A stretch of 64,000 nt of DNA from a bacterium (GTDB taxonomy: Bacteria > Patescibacteriota > Minisyncoccia > Phycocordibacterales > UBA2100). The notes beneath the pieces were generated by a model. The model did not search any database. It saw nothing but the letters and a program-made list of their open reading frames with translations, and was not told where the DNA came from. The stretch covers positions 130,445 through 194,444 of the forward strand of contig JAUSJH010000002.1 in NCBI GenBank assembly GCA_030647655.1, written 5' to 3'. Positions 9,261 through 18,550 of this stretch are shown here, one piece after another; positions within the stretch are counted from its first letter, which is position 1; each line of letters starts with the position of its first letter. The position numbers and the translations under genes were made by a program.

Positions 9261-10652
9261 CTAAAACGCAGCGGCTTCTTCTTCGACTTCAGCTTCGGGG
9301 GTGAAATCGCCGAAGTTGCTCTTGTCGATACTCAAGAAGCGCGTGCTCTTTTCGTCGAATTGCAATTCTATCTTTCCCACGGGCCCGTTGCGGTGTTTTT
9401 CTATCAATATTTCCGCGATACCCGGCTTGTCGGAATTTTCGTTCATTTTGTCGTCACGATGGATGAACATAACCACGTCGGCGTCCTGCTCGATGGAGCC
9501 GGAGTCGCGGAGGTCGGAGAGGCGCGGGCGCCCGCGACGAGTCTCGACCGCACGCGAGAGCTGGGAGAGCGCTAGCACAGGGACTTCGAGCTCGCGCGCC
9601 ATCGCTTTGAGCGAGCGTGATATTTCGGTCACTTGTTGTACGAGGTTGTCGTTGCCGCGTGCGTATGAGGGAGTGATGAGCTGGAGGTAATCCACGATGA
9701 CAAGCTTGAGGTCCTTTTCCATCTTGAGGCGCCGCGCGACGCTACGCATTGCAAGGACTGTTGTTGAGGGTTTGTCGTCGATGTAGATTGGCGCTTCACT
9801 CAAAGCCGACATGGCATCCTGCAGGTGTCCGTAGTCGCTCTCGTTCTTGAATTTCTTGCCCGTGCGCAAGCGCCATGAATCTACGCCGGATTGCGCGGAG
9901 AGCATGCGGTCGACAAGCTGCTGCGAGCTCATTTCGAGAGAGAAGATGCCGACCGGCGTGCCGTACTTTGTCGCAGTCTGTCGCGCGATGTCGAGGGCGA
10001 GCGCCGTTTTGCCCATACTCGGACGGGCGGCAAGGATGACGAGGTCTGATTTCTGGAGACCGGCGAGAAGATTGTCGAGCTGGGGGAAGCCCGTGGGGAC
10101 ACCGCGAATGGTGCCACTGTGCTTTTGCAAACTCTCGAGTCTCTCCCACGCTTCCGCGAGCTCATCTTTTATCTCCGTAAACGAACGGAGCATCGGCGTT
10201 TGTGTCACCGAGAAGACGGCCTGCTGTGCTTCATCAAGGATTATCTCCACATCACGATCCTCCTGAAACCCCAGTTCGCCTATTTTGGAGGCGGCATCGA
10301 TGAGACTGCGGAGAATAAACTTGGTCTGCACACCTTGTGCGTAGTGGCGCGCGCTTCCGGGACTTGCGGCCGCGCCCACAAGCTCGGACAAATATCCGGC
10401 TCCGCCGGTCTCGGCGAGGAGCTTTCGCTCCTTTAGTTTGCTCGATACGGTCACCACATCGATAGGTTCGCCCTTTCCAAAGAGCGCGAGCATGGCATCA
10501 AAGATGGTCCGGTGTTTGCCGGCATAGAAAGAATCAACGCCGATAAGGTCGGCGACTTCGTACATGCCATTCTGATTGAGAAGAAGAGCGCCGAGGAGCG
10601 CGCGCTCCATTTCTATATCTTGCGGAGGGACCCGTACGGAACTGTTTACCAT
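9261..10652 (-). CDS. dnaB: Replicative DNA helicase
   Basis: PPQDIEME, ARPSMGKT, FSLEMS, VDYLQL, LSQLSR, SDLRDSGSIEQDAD, KHRNG. Confidence 0.98.
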   Translation of the reverse strand: MVNSSVRVPPQDIEMERALLGALLLNQNGMYEVADLIGVDSFYAGKHRTIFDAMLALFGKGEPIDVVTVSSKLKERKLLAETGGAGYLSELVGAAASPGSARHYAQGVQTKFILRSLIDAASKIGELGFQEDRDVEIILDEAQQAVFSVTQTPMLRSFTEIKDELAEAWERLESLQKHSGTIRGVPTGFPQLDNLLAGLQKSDLVILAARPSMGKTALALDIARQTATKYGTPVGIFSLEMSSQQLVDRMLSAQSGVDSWRLRTGKKFKNESDYGHLQDAMSALSEAPIYIDDKPSTTVLAMRSVARRLKMEKDLKLVIVDYLQLITPSYARGNDNLVQQVTEISRSLKAMARELEVPVLALSQLSRAVETRRGRPRLSDLRDSGSIEQDADVVMFIHRDDKMNENSDKPGIAEILIEKHRNGPVGKIELQFDEKSTRFLSIDKSNFGDFTPEAEVEEEAAAF

Positions 10653-10672
10653 GAATGCATCCTAACATTTAA

Positions 10673-10706
10673 CCCGCCTTCGCTCTTCGAGCTCCGGCGA
10701 GGCAAG
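10673..10706. repeat. Intergenic palindromic REP-like repeat
   Basis: CCCGCCTTCGCTCTTCGAGCTCCGGCGAGGCAAG, an imperfect palindrome of a type I recall being dispersed in CPR genomes. Confidence 0.5.
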
Positions 10707-10828
10707 GTGTGCCTTTCGTGTGGACAAATGATGCGAGCTTGACTGGGTCCCCTATATTTGATACAACGTAAACCACAGGAACAAAAATAGTCAAATCCGC
10801 CTAAATAAGCCTTATTTATCAACACCGT

Positions 10829-11851
10829 ATGCTTTCCTTTTCACCTAAAACAGCCACAAAAGACCTCCTTGCTGGCCTTCCAGAGCGCTCGCGCCGTGTG
10901 CTTACGGACCGCTTTGGCCTCTCGCAGAAGGGCGAACGTCGCACGCTCGATGCGATAGGACAAGAATATGGCATTACCCGCGAACGCATTCGCCAGATAG
11001 AAAACCACAGCATTACTGCAGTACGCGATTCCGAAGCCTATTCTACCCTTGCGCAGAGCTGGGAGGATCTCAAAGCCGCTGTCCTAGCACTCGGCGGAGT
11101 ACTTTCCGAAGAGACTATCCTCAATGAGCTCGCAAAGAACGAAACAGAGCGCAATCATCTTCTTTTCCTTCTTACGGTCGGGCACCAATTCGACGACCGC
11201 CGCGAGGACAACGATTTCAAAGCCCGCTGGCATATCGACGAGGCGCTTGCAGAATCCGTAGAAGCCGCTCTATCGAGTCTGTACCAATCGATCGAGCCCA
11301 ACAAGCTCACACCGGAAGAGGAATTCCTCGAGCTTTTCGCGCGTCATCTCAAGCAGGAGGGCGTGAAGAATCGTCCGGCCGATGCGCTTCCGCGCTGGCT
11401 CCTTATTTCCAAGCGCATTGGTAGAAACCCGCTCGGCGAGTGGGGGAGGCAGGATTCTCCGCATGTACGCATCAAGAACACGAGGGATTTTGCATACCTC
11501 ACACTGAAGCGGCACGGCTCGCCCATGCATTTCATCGAGGTCGCAAAAAGCATTGAGAAACTTTTCAGCAGGAAGACTCATCCCGCGACGACACACAACG
11601 AGCTCATCAAAGACAACCGCTTCGTGCTCGTCGGCCGCGGACTCTATGCACTCAAAGAATGGGGATACGAACCGGGGGTAGTGCGCGATGTTATTTCAGG
11701 AATACTAAAGCGCGAAGGACCTCTCACGCGTGAGGAGATCATCGAACGCGTGAAGCGCGAGCGTTACGTGAAAGACGCGACCATCTCTGTAAACTTGCAA
11801 AACAATATGTTTGTTCGAAATTCGGACGGCAAATATTCGTTGGCGAAGTAA
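10829..11851 (+). CDS. Sigma70 region-4 HTH plus HARE-HTH (RNAP delta-like) protein
   Basis: RFGL...TLDAIGQEYGITRERIRQIE; C-terminal THNELIKDNRFVLVGRGLYALKEWG. Confidence 0.8.
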   Translation: MLSFSPKTATKDLLAGLPERSRRVLTDRFGLSQKGERRTLDAIGQEYGITRERIRQIENHSITAVRDSEAYSTLAQSWEDLKAAVLALGGVLSEETILNELAKNETERNHLLFLLTVGHQFDDRREDNDFKARWHIDEALAESVEAALSSLYQSIEPNKLTPEEEFLELFARHLKQEGVKNRPADALPRWLLISKRIGRNPLGEWGRQDSPHVRIKNTRDFAYLTLKRHGSPMHFIEVAKSIEKLFSRKTHPATTHNELIKDNRFVLVGRGLYALKEWGYEPGVVRDVISGILKREGPLTREEIIERVKRERYVKDATISVNLQNNMFVRNSDGKYSLAK

Positions 11852-11909
11852 TTTTCTCAGATGTTGATAGCCCGCCTCCATACTGGCGGGGAACTGTTAC
11901 AATTGGCGC

Positions 11910-13334
11910 ATGATCGATGAATATGAACAGCATGATTTTGCAACAGGGTCGCGGTTTCGCGCACAGTTTCTTTCTCCGCTCTTAAGCTTCGATCTACACA
12001 AGCTAACAGACGCGTTCATCGGCGACGGCTGGGGTATCTCGCGGTGCCTTTTCCTCAGCGTTCTCTTTACCGGCCTTTTGAGCGTCTTGTGGCTCCAAAT
12101 ACCCAATCTTCCACTCTTCGCGTTTGAATGGTTACTAGGGACCGCGCCCCTCTGGTTACCCATTGTCACACTCGTCATCGCATGGAAAGTGTGGATATGG
12201 TATGCCCGGGGAGTGTATCTCTTCGAAAGAAAAGCAATCCTCCTCGAAGTAAAGATTCCTCGCGACATCACGCGTTCGCCGCGGGCGATGGAAAACGCGC
12301 TCTCAAAGCTCTGGGTTGATTCCGGTGAGACGACATTTTTCAACACCGCGTGGCAGGGTCATGTGCGGCCTTATTTTTCTTTTGAGATCGCATCCTTCGG
12401 AGGTGATATTCATTTTTACGTCTGGACGTGGTCCGGATGGAGGGCTGCAGTAGAATCGGCGCTGTACGGATATTACCCAGAGCTTGAGATCGTCGAGGTA
12501 GAAGACTATGCGTCGAAATTCAAATACGATGCAGAGAAGCACGAATGTTTCGCCACGGACTGGCGCTACGAGCCCCGCAACGACGCCTACCCTATAAAGA
12601 CCTATGTTGATTTCGAACTCGACAAAGATCCAAAGGAGGAGTACCGCGTCGATCCTATCGCACAGGTACTCGAACGTTTGAGCAACCTTCGCCCCGATGA
12701 ACAAGGTTGGCTTCAGATAATCATCACACAGTCAAAAGATAAGCGTCGTAAAAAAGGCGGACTCTGGTGGGAAACCGAAAGCCGCTATGAAGGTCTCGTG
12801 AAAGAGGAGGTTGAGAAAATCCGCAGAGATACCGCCCCTTTGCACATAGACGACCGAAGTGCACCGGATGCATGGAAGACCTATGCTCGCGTGCCACTAT
12901 ATCGGGCCACAGAGAGTGTCAAAACTATTGAACGCAATATGGGCAAACACATATTCAACGTCGGTGTGCGGGGCGTATATATCTGCGACCCGGCAAAATT
13001 CAGTGCCGGCGGATATACCGGTGTACGTTGGATCTGGCGCCCATTCGGTAATGTGCAATACCTGAATCAGCTTCGTCCGCGTCGCTGGTCGAACCCGTTC
13101 GACTATCCTTGGCAGGATTGGGGGGACATCCGGTGGACGCTCATGTTGCGCCGCTTTTTTGACGCGTACCGACGACGCTCGTATTTTTATTCTCCGTGGA
13201 TCATTCCGCACAATATGATGTCGACAGAAGTAATCGCGACCCTGTGGCACCCGCCAAGCGCATCTGCTACCGCGCCAGGCCTCCAACGCATCCCCGCCAA
13301 GAAAGCCGAACCACCACCCAATTTGCCGAAGTAG
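11910..13334 (+). CDS. Conserved hypothetical membrane-anchored protein (CPR type)
   Basis: N-terminal TMs, LLEVKIPR, SPRAME, FSFEIAS, YPIKTY, IATLWHPP. Confidence 0.7.
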   Translation: MIDEYEQHDFATGSRFRAQFLSPLLSFDLHKLTDAFIGDGWGISRCLFLSVLFTGLLSVLWLQIPNLPLFAFEWLLGTAPLWLPIVTLVIAWKVWIWYARGVYLFERKAILLEVKIPRDITRSPRAMENALSKLWVDSGETTFFNTAWQGHVRPYFSFEIASFGGDIHFYVWTWSGWRAAVESALYGYYPELEIVEVEDYASKFKYDAEKHECFATDWRYEPRNDAYPIKTYVDFELDKDPKEEYRVDPIAQVLERLSNLRPDEQGWLQIIITQSKDKRRKKGGLWWETESRYEGLVKEEVEKIRRDTAPLHIDDRSAPDAWKTYARVPLYRATESVKTIERNMGKHIFNVGVRGVYICDPAKFSAGGYTGVRWIWRPFGNVQYLNQLRPRRWSNPFDYPWQDWGDIRWTLMLRRFFDAYRRRSYFYSPWIIPHNMMSTEVIATLWHPPSASATAPGLQRIPAKKAEPPPNLPK

Positions 13335-13337
13335 TAA

Positions 13338-13367
13338 AACAGCGGGCAAGCACCAGGCACCAGTACA
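13338..13367 (+). repeat. Dispersed repeat copy 1
   Basis: AACAGCGGGCA[AGCACCA]GGCACCAGTACA; matches 15502-15524 apart from one extra heptamer. Confidence 0.7.
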
Positions 13368-13395
13368 AAATCCAGACACCCATTCTCACATATGA

Positions 13396-13421
13396 CCATT
13401 GTCCATTGTCCATTGCCCATT
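13396..13421. repeat. Heptamer tandem repeat (CCATTGY) x3.7
   Basis: CCATTGT CCATTGT CCATTGC CCATT. Confidence 0.8.
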
Positions 13422-13431
13422 ATTGCCTGAT

Positions 13432-14460
13432 ATGCAACCTCTTGAACACGCTCTCGAAAAAATGTTCGATGTGGGACATCGCGCCCTACAACATTTATCA
13501 GAAAGCTGGCGCCTGCATACCAATCGCCGCACCATCATCATTCTTATTGTCGCCGGCTTTTCTCTAGCGTCACTCTATATTTTCGCGATAGAGCCACCGG
13601 AAAATTTCCCGGTCGACAAGCTTGTGGAAGTGCCGGCGGGCGCGTCGCTCAAAGATATAGCAAAGACTCTCGAGGCTCAGGGCGTCGTGCGCTCGGGCCT
13701 TATGCTCCGGATGCTTCTCAAGCTCTCCGGCGACGAGCGGACGGCACACGCGGGCGATTACCTATTTAAGGAGCCGCGCGATATCTTCCGCGTCGCGCGC
13801 GCGCTTGCACTGGGAGCTTACGGGCTCGAGCCCATGCGTATCCGTGTCCCCGAAGGGGCGATGATGAAAGATATGGCACTTGTATTTGGCCGACAGCTCG
13901 AGCGATTCGACACTGCCAATTTTCTTGCGCAAGCGCAACCGCAAGAAGGTTATTTTTTTCCCGACACCTATTTCTTCCTTCCCAACGCAACTGAAGATAC
14001 GGTGATACAGGCAATGCGACAGAATTTCGATACGCACATCGCGACCATCACCCCACAGATCGCGAGCTCGACACATTCTCTTTCCGACATTGTGAAGATG
14101 GCCTCTATACTCGAGCTGGAAGCGCGCAACACCAAGGATCGCCGCACCATCGCCGGCGTTTTGTGGAATAGGCTCGAGCGCGGTATGCCATTGCAGGTTG
14201 ATGTCACATTCCTCTATACAATCGGGAGGGGAACCTTCCAGCTGACAGTGAAAGACCTCACGAGCGATTCACCTTACAATACCTACAACAGTGAGGGCCT
14301 ACCGCCCACGCCCATTGGAAGTCCATCACTCGATTCACTGCTCGCCGCGGCGCAACCGATAAAGAGTGATTACATATATTTTCTTGCCGACCGCCGCGGC
14401 GTTACGCACTATTGCAAGACATATAGTTGCCACATCGCCAACAAAGCGCGGTATTTTTGA
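13432..14460 (+). CDS. mltG: Endolytic transglycosylase MltG
   Basis: TM anchor, EGYFFPDTY, ASILELE, NRLERGMPLQVD, SPYNTY, GLPPTPI. Confidence 0.95.
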   Translation: MQPLEHALEKMFDVGHRALQHLSESWRLHTNRRTIIILIVAGFSLASLYIFAIEPPENFPVDKLVEVPAGASLKDIAKTLEAQGVVRSGLMLRMLLKLSGDERTAHAGDYLFKEPRDIFRVARALALGAYGLEPMRIRVPEGAMMKDMALVFGRQLERFDTANFLAQAQPQEGYFFPDTYFFLPNATEDTVIQAMRQNFDTHIATITPQIASSTHSLSDIVKMASILELEARNTKDRRTIAGVLWNRLERGMPLQVDVTFLYTIGRGTFQLTVKDLTSDSPYNTYNSEGLPPTPIGSPSLDSLLAAAQPIKSDYIYFLADRRGVTHYCKTYSCHIANKARYF

Positions 14461-14465
14461 GCGGC

Positions 14466-15503
14466 ATGGCGCAGACGGTATTCGTTGGTTTGTCGGGAGG
14501 TGTTGATAGCGCGGTTTCGGCTACGCTTTTAAAGAGCCAAGGCCACAACGTTGTTGGTGTTTTCATAAAAATCTGGCAGGCGGAATTCTTAGAGTGTACG
14601 TGGAAGGAGGACAGGCTCGATGCGATGCGCGTCGCCGCAGCACTCGAAATACCATTTCGGGAGGTCGACCTCTCGGAAGAGTACAAGAAAGAGGTGGTCG
14701 AGAAAATGGTTGCCGACTATGCGCGCGGCATCACACCGAACCCCGATGTGCTCTGCAATCGTGCTATCAAATTCGGTGCTTTCGCCGCGTGGGCGAAGAG
14801 CGAGGGGGCAGACATGCTAGCGACGGGGCATTACGTCCAAATAAAAGAACGTGATAATCGTTTTGAACTTCTCCGCGCCAAAGATGCGGCAAAGGACCAG
14901 TCCTATTTTCTATATCGGCTCGACCAGTCTGATCTTGCGCATACGCTTTTCCCGATCGGCGGCATGCTCAAATCCGAAGTACGCGCGGAGGCAAGGCGTT
15001 TCCACCTGCCAGTTGCCGACAAGCCCGATAGTCAGGGGCTCTGTTTCGTAGGGGAAGTCTCGATGGCGGATTTTCTCGCACGATTCATTGCGCTTCAACG
15101 CGGTCCCGTCGTTGCGGGGGGTACGATTGTCGGCGAACATGATGGCGCCGCGCTCTATACGATAGGTCAGCGACACGGATTCACTGCCGAAAATGCCGAA
15201 GGCCCATACTATTTGGTGAGAATAGATGTTCCGACAAATACACTTCATGTGTCGGTGCGGCGCGAAGATGCGGCGCGAACCGAGACCATCATTGAAGATG
15301 TCCACTGGGTATATCGCGAGCCGACCTTGCCACTCGCTGTGCAGGTGCAAGCGCGATATCACGAACAGGAATTCAGCGCGACGCTCTCAAAAAACGACCC
15401 GCAATTCAGTGTGGAATTCGAACATCCGCACATCGCTTCACCCGGACAGTCTCTCGTGCTCTACGATGGAAACACGTGCCTCGGCGGAGGAACTATCAGT
15501 TAA
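14466..15503 (+). CDS. mnmA: tRNA 2-thiouridylase MnmA
   Basis: SGGVDS, TPNPDVLCN, ATGHY, KDQSYFL, DSQGLCF, YTIGQR, PGQ. Confidence 0.98.
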   Translation: MAQTVFVGLSGGVDSAVSATLLKSQGHNVVGVFIKIWQAEFLECTWKEDRLDAMRVAAALEIPFREVDLSEEYKKEVVEKMVADYARGITPNPDVLCNRAIKFGAFAAWAKSEGADMLATGHYVQIKERDNRFELLRAKDAAKDQSYFLYRLDQSDLAHTLFPIGGMLKSEVRAEARRFHLPVADKPDSQGLCFVGEVSMADFLARFIALQRGPVVAGGTIVGEHDGAALYTIGQRHGFTAENAEGPYYLVRIDVPTNTLHVSVRREDAARTETIIEDVHWVYREPTLPLAVQVQARYHEQEFSATLSKNDPQFSVEFEHPHIASPGQSLVLYDGNTCLGGGTIS

Positions 15504-15561
15504 CAGCGGGCAGGCACCAGTACACAGAATTCTACGAATTCACCGTTGCCTGCTCGCTGTT
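15502..15561. repeat. Dispersed repeat copy 2 with inverted arm (hairpin)
   Basis: AACAGCGGGCAGGCA (15502-15516) pairs with TGCCTGCTCGCTGTT (15547-15561). Confidence 0.65.
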
Positions 15562-15578
15562 GCCTGTAAACTGTCTGT

Positions 15579-15986
15579 ATGAGTGAGATGCTCTCCCGCA
15601 TGGTGTGGTTTGTTATTGTAGCGGTTGCGATTTCATACGCGACGTATATAACAGCCGGAAGCATCGTCAACGCGCAGGCACGCGGCGCCTACAAGCCGGT
15701 TATGATACGCGACGTGCTTGGCCCCGGCTCCCATCACCTTTCGGGAATGATCATGGTGCCGACACCATGTCACGAGTTAACGCTTCGCACCGAGGCACTC
15801 TCGGCGGCGACGTACGAGCTCCTCTTCCGAACATGGCATGAACCTTCGGTGGATTGTGATGAGGAGGAAATACCGCGACCTTTTCGCGCCGTACTATTTG
15901 CGCCATCGACAGGCGTCGAGTTCATCGCGACACTCGATGGTGTAGCGCTTCCAATTCAGGTTTTACCGAGTATTGCGGGGCATTGA
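15579..15986 (+). CDS. Hypothetical membrane-anchored protein
   Basis: N-terminal TM, PTPCHEL...C; TAAACT 6 nt before ATG. Confidence 0.7.
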   Translation: MSEMLSRMVWFVIVAVAISYATYITAGSIVNAQARGAYKPVMIRDVLGPGSHHLSGMIMVPTPCHELTLRTEALSAATYELLFRTWHEPSVDCDEEEIPRPFRAVLFAPSTGVEFIATLDGVALPIQVLPSIAGH

Positions 15987-16007
15987 TTGCTCTATCAAAC
16001 AAAGGCT

Positions 16008-16886
16008 ATGACAACCACTCAACAAAAAGCTCCATCTCTCGCGCCGCGCGCGATGCTACACCATCCACATATTCTCGTTACAAAAGCAGACGGCGAACAA
16101 GAGGCATTTGATCCTGCGAAACTCGAACATTCTTTGCAGCTTTCGGGCGCAAGCTCGACGATGCGAGCGCGTATCTTGGCGCACGTGATGCAGGAATTGC
16201 GTCCGAACATGATGACGGAAGAGATATATCATCATGCTTTTGAGATATTACGGAAGGAAGAGGCGGCTCCTGTCGCGGCACGCTATTCCATTAAACGAGC
16301 GGTCTTTGCGCTCGGCCCTTCAGGTTTCCCTTTCGAACAATTTCTAGCGGAAGTTTTACGCGCGCATGGGTGGAAAGCGCAGACAGGAGTTGCATTAAAC
16401 GGGCGCTGTGCGCCGCACGAAGTGGATGTATTCGCCGAGAAGGACGGAAGACGCATCGGAATTGAAGCAAAATTTCACAACGACGCCGCGGGAAAGACAG
16501 ATATCAAAGACGCGCTCTATGTGCACGCACGCTATGAAGATCTTCGCGCGACACCCGACGTTTCTTCGCGCGTGGACGAAGGGTGGCTCGTAACCAACAC
16601 GCGCTTTACGAGGAATGCTATTCGCTATGCGCAATGCTCGGGTCTCTCGCTTATCGGGTGGGATTATCCACATGACCGTGGCCTTCTCACACTCATCGAG
16701 GAGGCGCGCGTGCACCCGCTCACGTGCCTCACGACGCTCTCGGAGAGCGAAAAACACCGTCTTCTCGATCAAAGAATCGTGCTTTGTAAACACGTGCAGA
16801 CTACGCATCTGCTTCAGGAATTCGGGATAAAACCGGATCGTATCCCGAAGGTGCTGGACGAAGCGCGACAGCTCTGCGGCATTTGA
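16008..16886 (+). CDS. ATP-cone plus Mrr-like PD-(D/E)XK endonuclease protein
   Basis: N-terminal VTKADGEQEAFDPAKL (ATP cone); GPSGFPFEQ, HEVDV, IEAKFH, LVTNTRFT. Confidence 0.85.
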   Translation: MTTTQQKAPSLAPRAMLHHPHILVTKADGEQEAFDPAKLEHSLQLSGASSTMRARILAHVMQELRPNMMTEEIYHHAFEILRKEEAAPVAARYSIKRAVFALGPSGFPFEQFLAEVLRAHGWKAQTGVALNGRCAPHEVDVFAEKDGRRIGIEAKFHNDAAGKTDIKDALYVHARYEDLRATPDVSSRVDEGWLVTNTRFTRNAIRYAQCSGLSLIGWDYPHDRGLLTLIEEARVHPLTCLTTLSESEKHRLLDQRIVLCKHVQTTHLLQEFGIKPDRIPKVLDEARQLCGI

Positions 16887-16948
16887 TTGAGCACATGATT
16901 CAGCAGAATCACCCTAGGGGCTCACCTACTGGGTGATATAATCGCGGT

Positions 16949-17452
16949 ATGCGCTCCGCTGCGATATTCATGGATCCAACGGTCGTGATGTTTGGGAAAC
17001 TTTTATTGGCGATGCTCCTCGGCGGCATCATAGGGACAGAGCGCGCTGTGCTCGCGAGACAATCCGCCGGCACGCGCACCTTCGGTCTCGTGTCTTTGGG
17101 TGCATGTCTTTTTGTCATTACGGGGAATTACGTCGATACTGCATACCTCGGAGTGCTTAATTTCGATCCAATGCGCGTCGCTGCGGGCATCATTATGGGC
17201 ATTGGATTTCTCGGCGGTGGCATTATCGTGTTCCGCGGGGACGCGGTACACGGCACCACGACTGCCGCAGGTCTCTGGATCGCCGCCGGTGTTGGTATTG
17301 CGACCGGATTCGGCCTCTACTCTATAGCAATCTTCTCAACCATCCTCTCGCTCCTCATGTTTACCGGAATGTGGTACGTCGAGAATCGTTTCAAGCATTG
17401 GTTTGAAGAGCGCCGGTCGGATGTGCAGGGAAACAATTCGCAGGACACATAG
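16949..17452 (+). CDS. MgtC/SapB family membrane protein
   Basis: IIGTER, AGTRTF, DPMRVAAGIIMGIGFLGGG, HGTTTAAGLW. Confidence 0.93.
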   Translation: MRSAAIFMDPTVVMFGKLLLAMLLGGIIGTERAVLARQSAGTRTFGLVSLGACLFVITGNYVDTAYLGVLNFDPMRVAAGIIMGIGFLGGGIIVFRGDAVHGTTTAAGLWIAAGVGIATGFGLYSIAIFSTILSLLMFTGMWYVENRFKHWFEERRSDVQGNNSQDT

Positions 17453-17474
17453 CGCATGGTGGTATACTCCCCGC

Positions 17475-18275
17475 ATGCCGAAAGGGTACCAGAAGCGGAC
17501 GCGTAATTTGTATGACCCGAATGCTTCGGAGTCATTCCGCGTGAGCCGTACCAAGATAGATCTCTTTCACGAATGCCCTCGTTGTTTCTATCTCGATGTA
17601 CGCCTCGGTGTGCCACGCACGTCGTTCCCCGCATTCACTCTGAACAATGCCGTTGATGAGCTCATGAAGCGCGAGTTCGATATCCATCGGGCAAAAGATG
17701 AGGCGCACCCTCTGATGAAGACCTATAAAATAGACGCCGTACCCCTGAATGATGTGCGTATGGAAGAGTGGCGCGATGCCTTGCGCCGCGGCATCCAATA
17801 CCATCACAAGCCAACGGGCCTCATTTTTCGCGGAGGCGTTGATGATATCTGGATAAACTCTAAAGGTGAGCTCATAGTTGTTGATTACAAGGCGACGAGC
17901 AAGAAAGAGGAAGTGAATATCGAAGGTTACTGGCAACAAGGATACAAGCGACAAGTAGAAATTTATCAGTGGCTTTTGCGCGGTATCGGTGAAAAGGTAT
18001 CGCCGACGGCCTACTTCGTGTATGTGAACGGCAAAAGCGACGCCAAAGCATTCGACGGCAGGCTTGAGTTTGAAGTGAAGATAATCCCGCACGAAGGCGA
18101 CACATCGTGGATAGAGCCTCTCGTTATCAAACTCGCGGAATGCTTAAAGGGTGATGTTGTGCCAGCGCCGAATGAGACATGTGAATACTGCGGCTACCGC
18201 GAAGCGGCTGGAAAGGAATTGCAGGCACGGGTGAAGCCAAAAAAGGAGGGCGGACAGAAATCTCTCGGGCTATGA
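17475..18275 (+). CDS. PD-(D/E)XK (RecB/Cas4-like) nuclease
   Basis: CPRCFY, GGVDD, VVDYKAT, QVEIYQW, C-terminal CEYC. Confidence 0.88.
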   Translation: MPKGYQKRTRNLYDPNASESFRVSRTKIDLFHECPRCFYLDVRLGVPRTSFPAFTLNNAVDELMKREFDIHRAKDEAHPLMKTYKIDAVPLNDVRMEEWRDALRRGIQYHHKPTGLIFRGGVDDIWINSKGELIVVDYKATSKKEEVNIEGYWQQGYKRQVEIYQWLLRGIGEKVSPTAYFVYVNGKSDAKAFDGRLEFEVKIIPHEGDTSWIEPLVIKLAECLKGDVVPAPNETCEYCGYREAAGKELQARVKPKKEGGQKSLGL

Positions 18276-18550
18276 AATCGTTCACAGAAGAGGTGCGCGA
18301 CATCGTGCGGAAAATACCTAGGGGTAAGTCAATGACATACAAAGAGGTTGCCGCAAAGGCGGGGAATTCAAAAGCGGCGCGAGCCGTTGGCGCCATCATG
18401 CGCTCCAATTACAATCGCGATATCCCGTGCCACCGCGTCGTTCGCTCCGACGGCTCACTAGGGAATTACAACAGGGGCGGAACATTGCGAAAGCGCGAAA
18501 TTTTGACGAGAGAAGGGGCCTTTGAGTTCAAGAGTAGAGGAAGTTCTTGA
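18272..18550 (+). CDS. MGMT/Ogt-family single-domain O6-alkylguanine repair protein
   Basis: IPRGKSMTY, ARAVG, active-site IPCHRV. Confidence 0.92.
   Translation: MKSFTEEVRDIVRKIPRGKSMTYKEVAAKAGNSKAARAVGAIMRSNYNRDIPCHRVVRSDGSLGNYNRGGTLRKREILTREGAFEFKSRGSS

Noticed and set aside
9261-10652. Intein in DnaB
   Set aside because: Length (463 aa) and motif spacing are normal; no intein splice motifs.
13396-13421. Heptamer tandem repeats (also 55404-55433) as CRISPR or iterons
   Set aside because: No spacers and only ~4 units; simple short tandem repeats.
17475-18275. Cas4-like nuclease as evidence of CRISPR-Cas
   Set aside because: No repeat-spacer array or other cas genes in the window.
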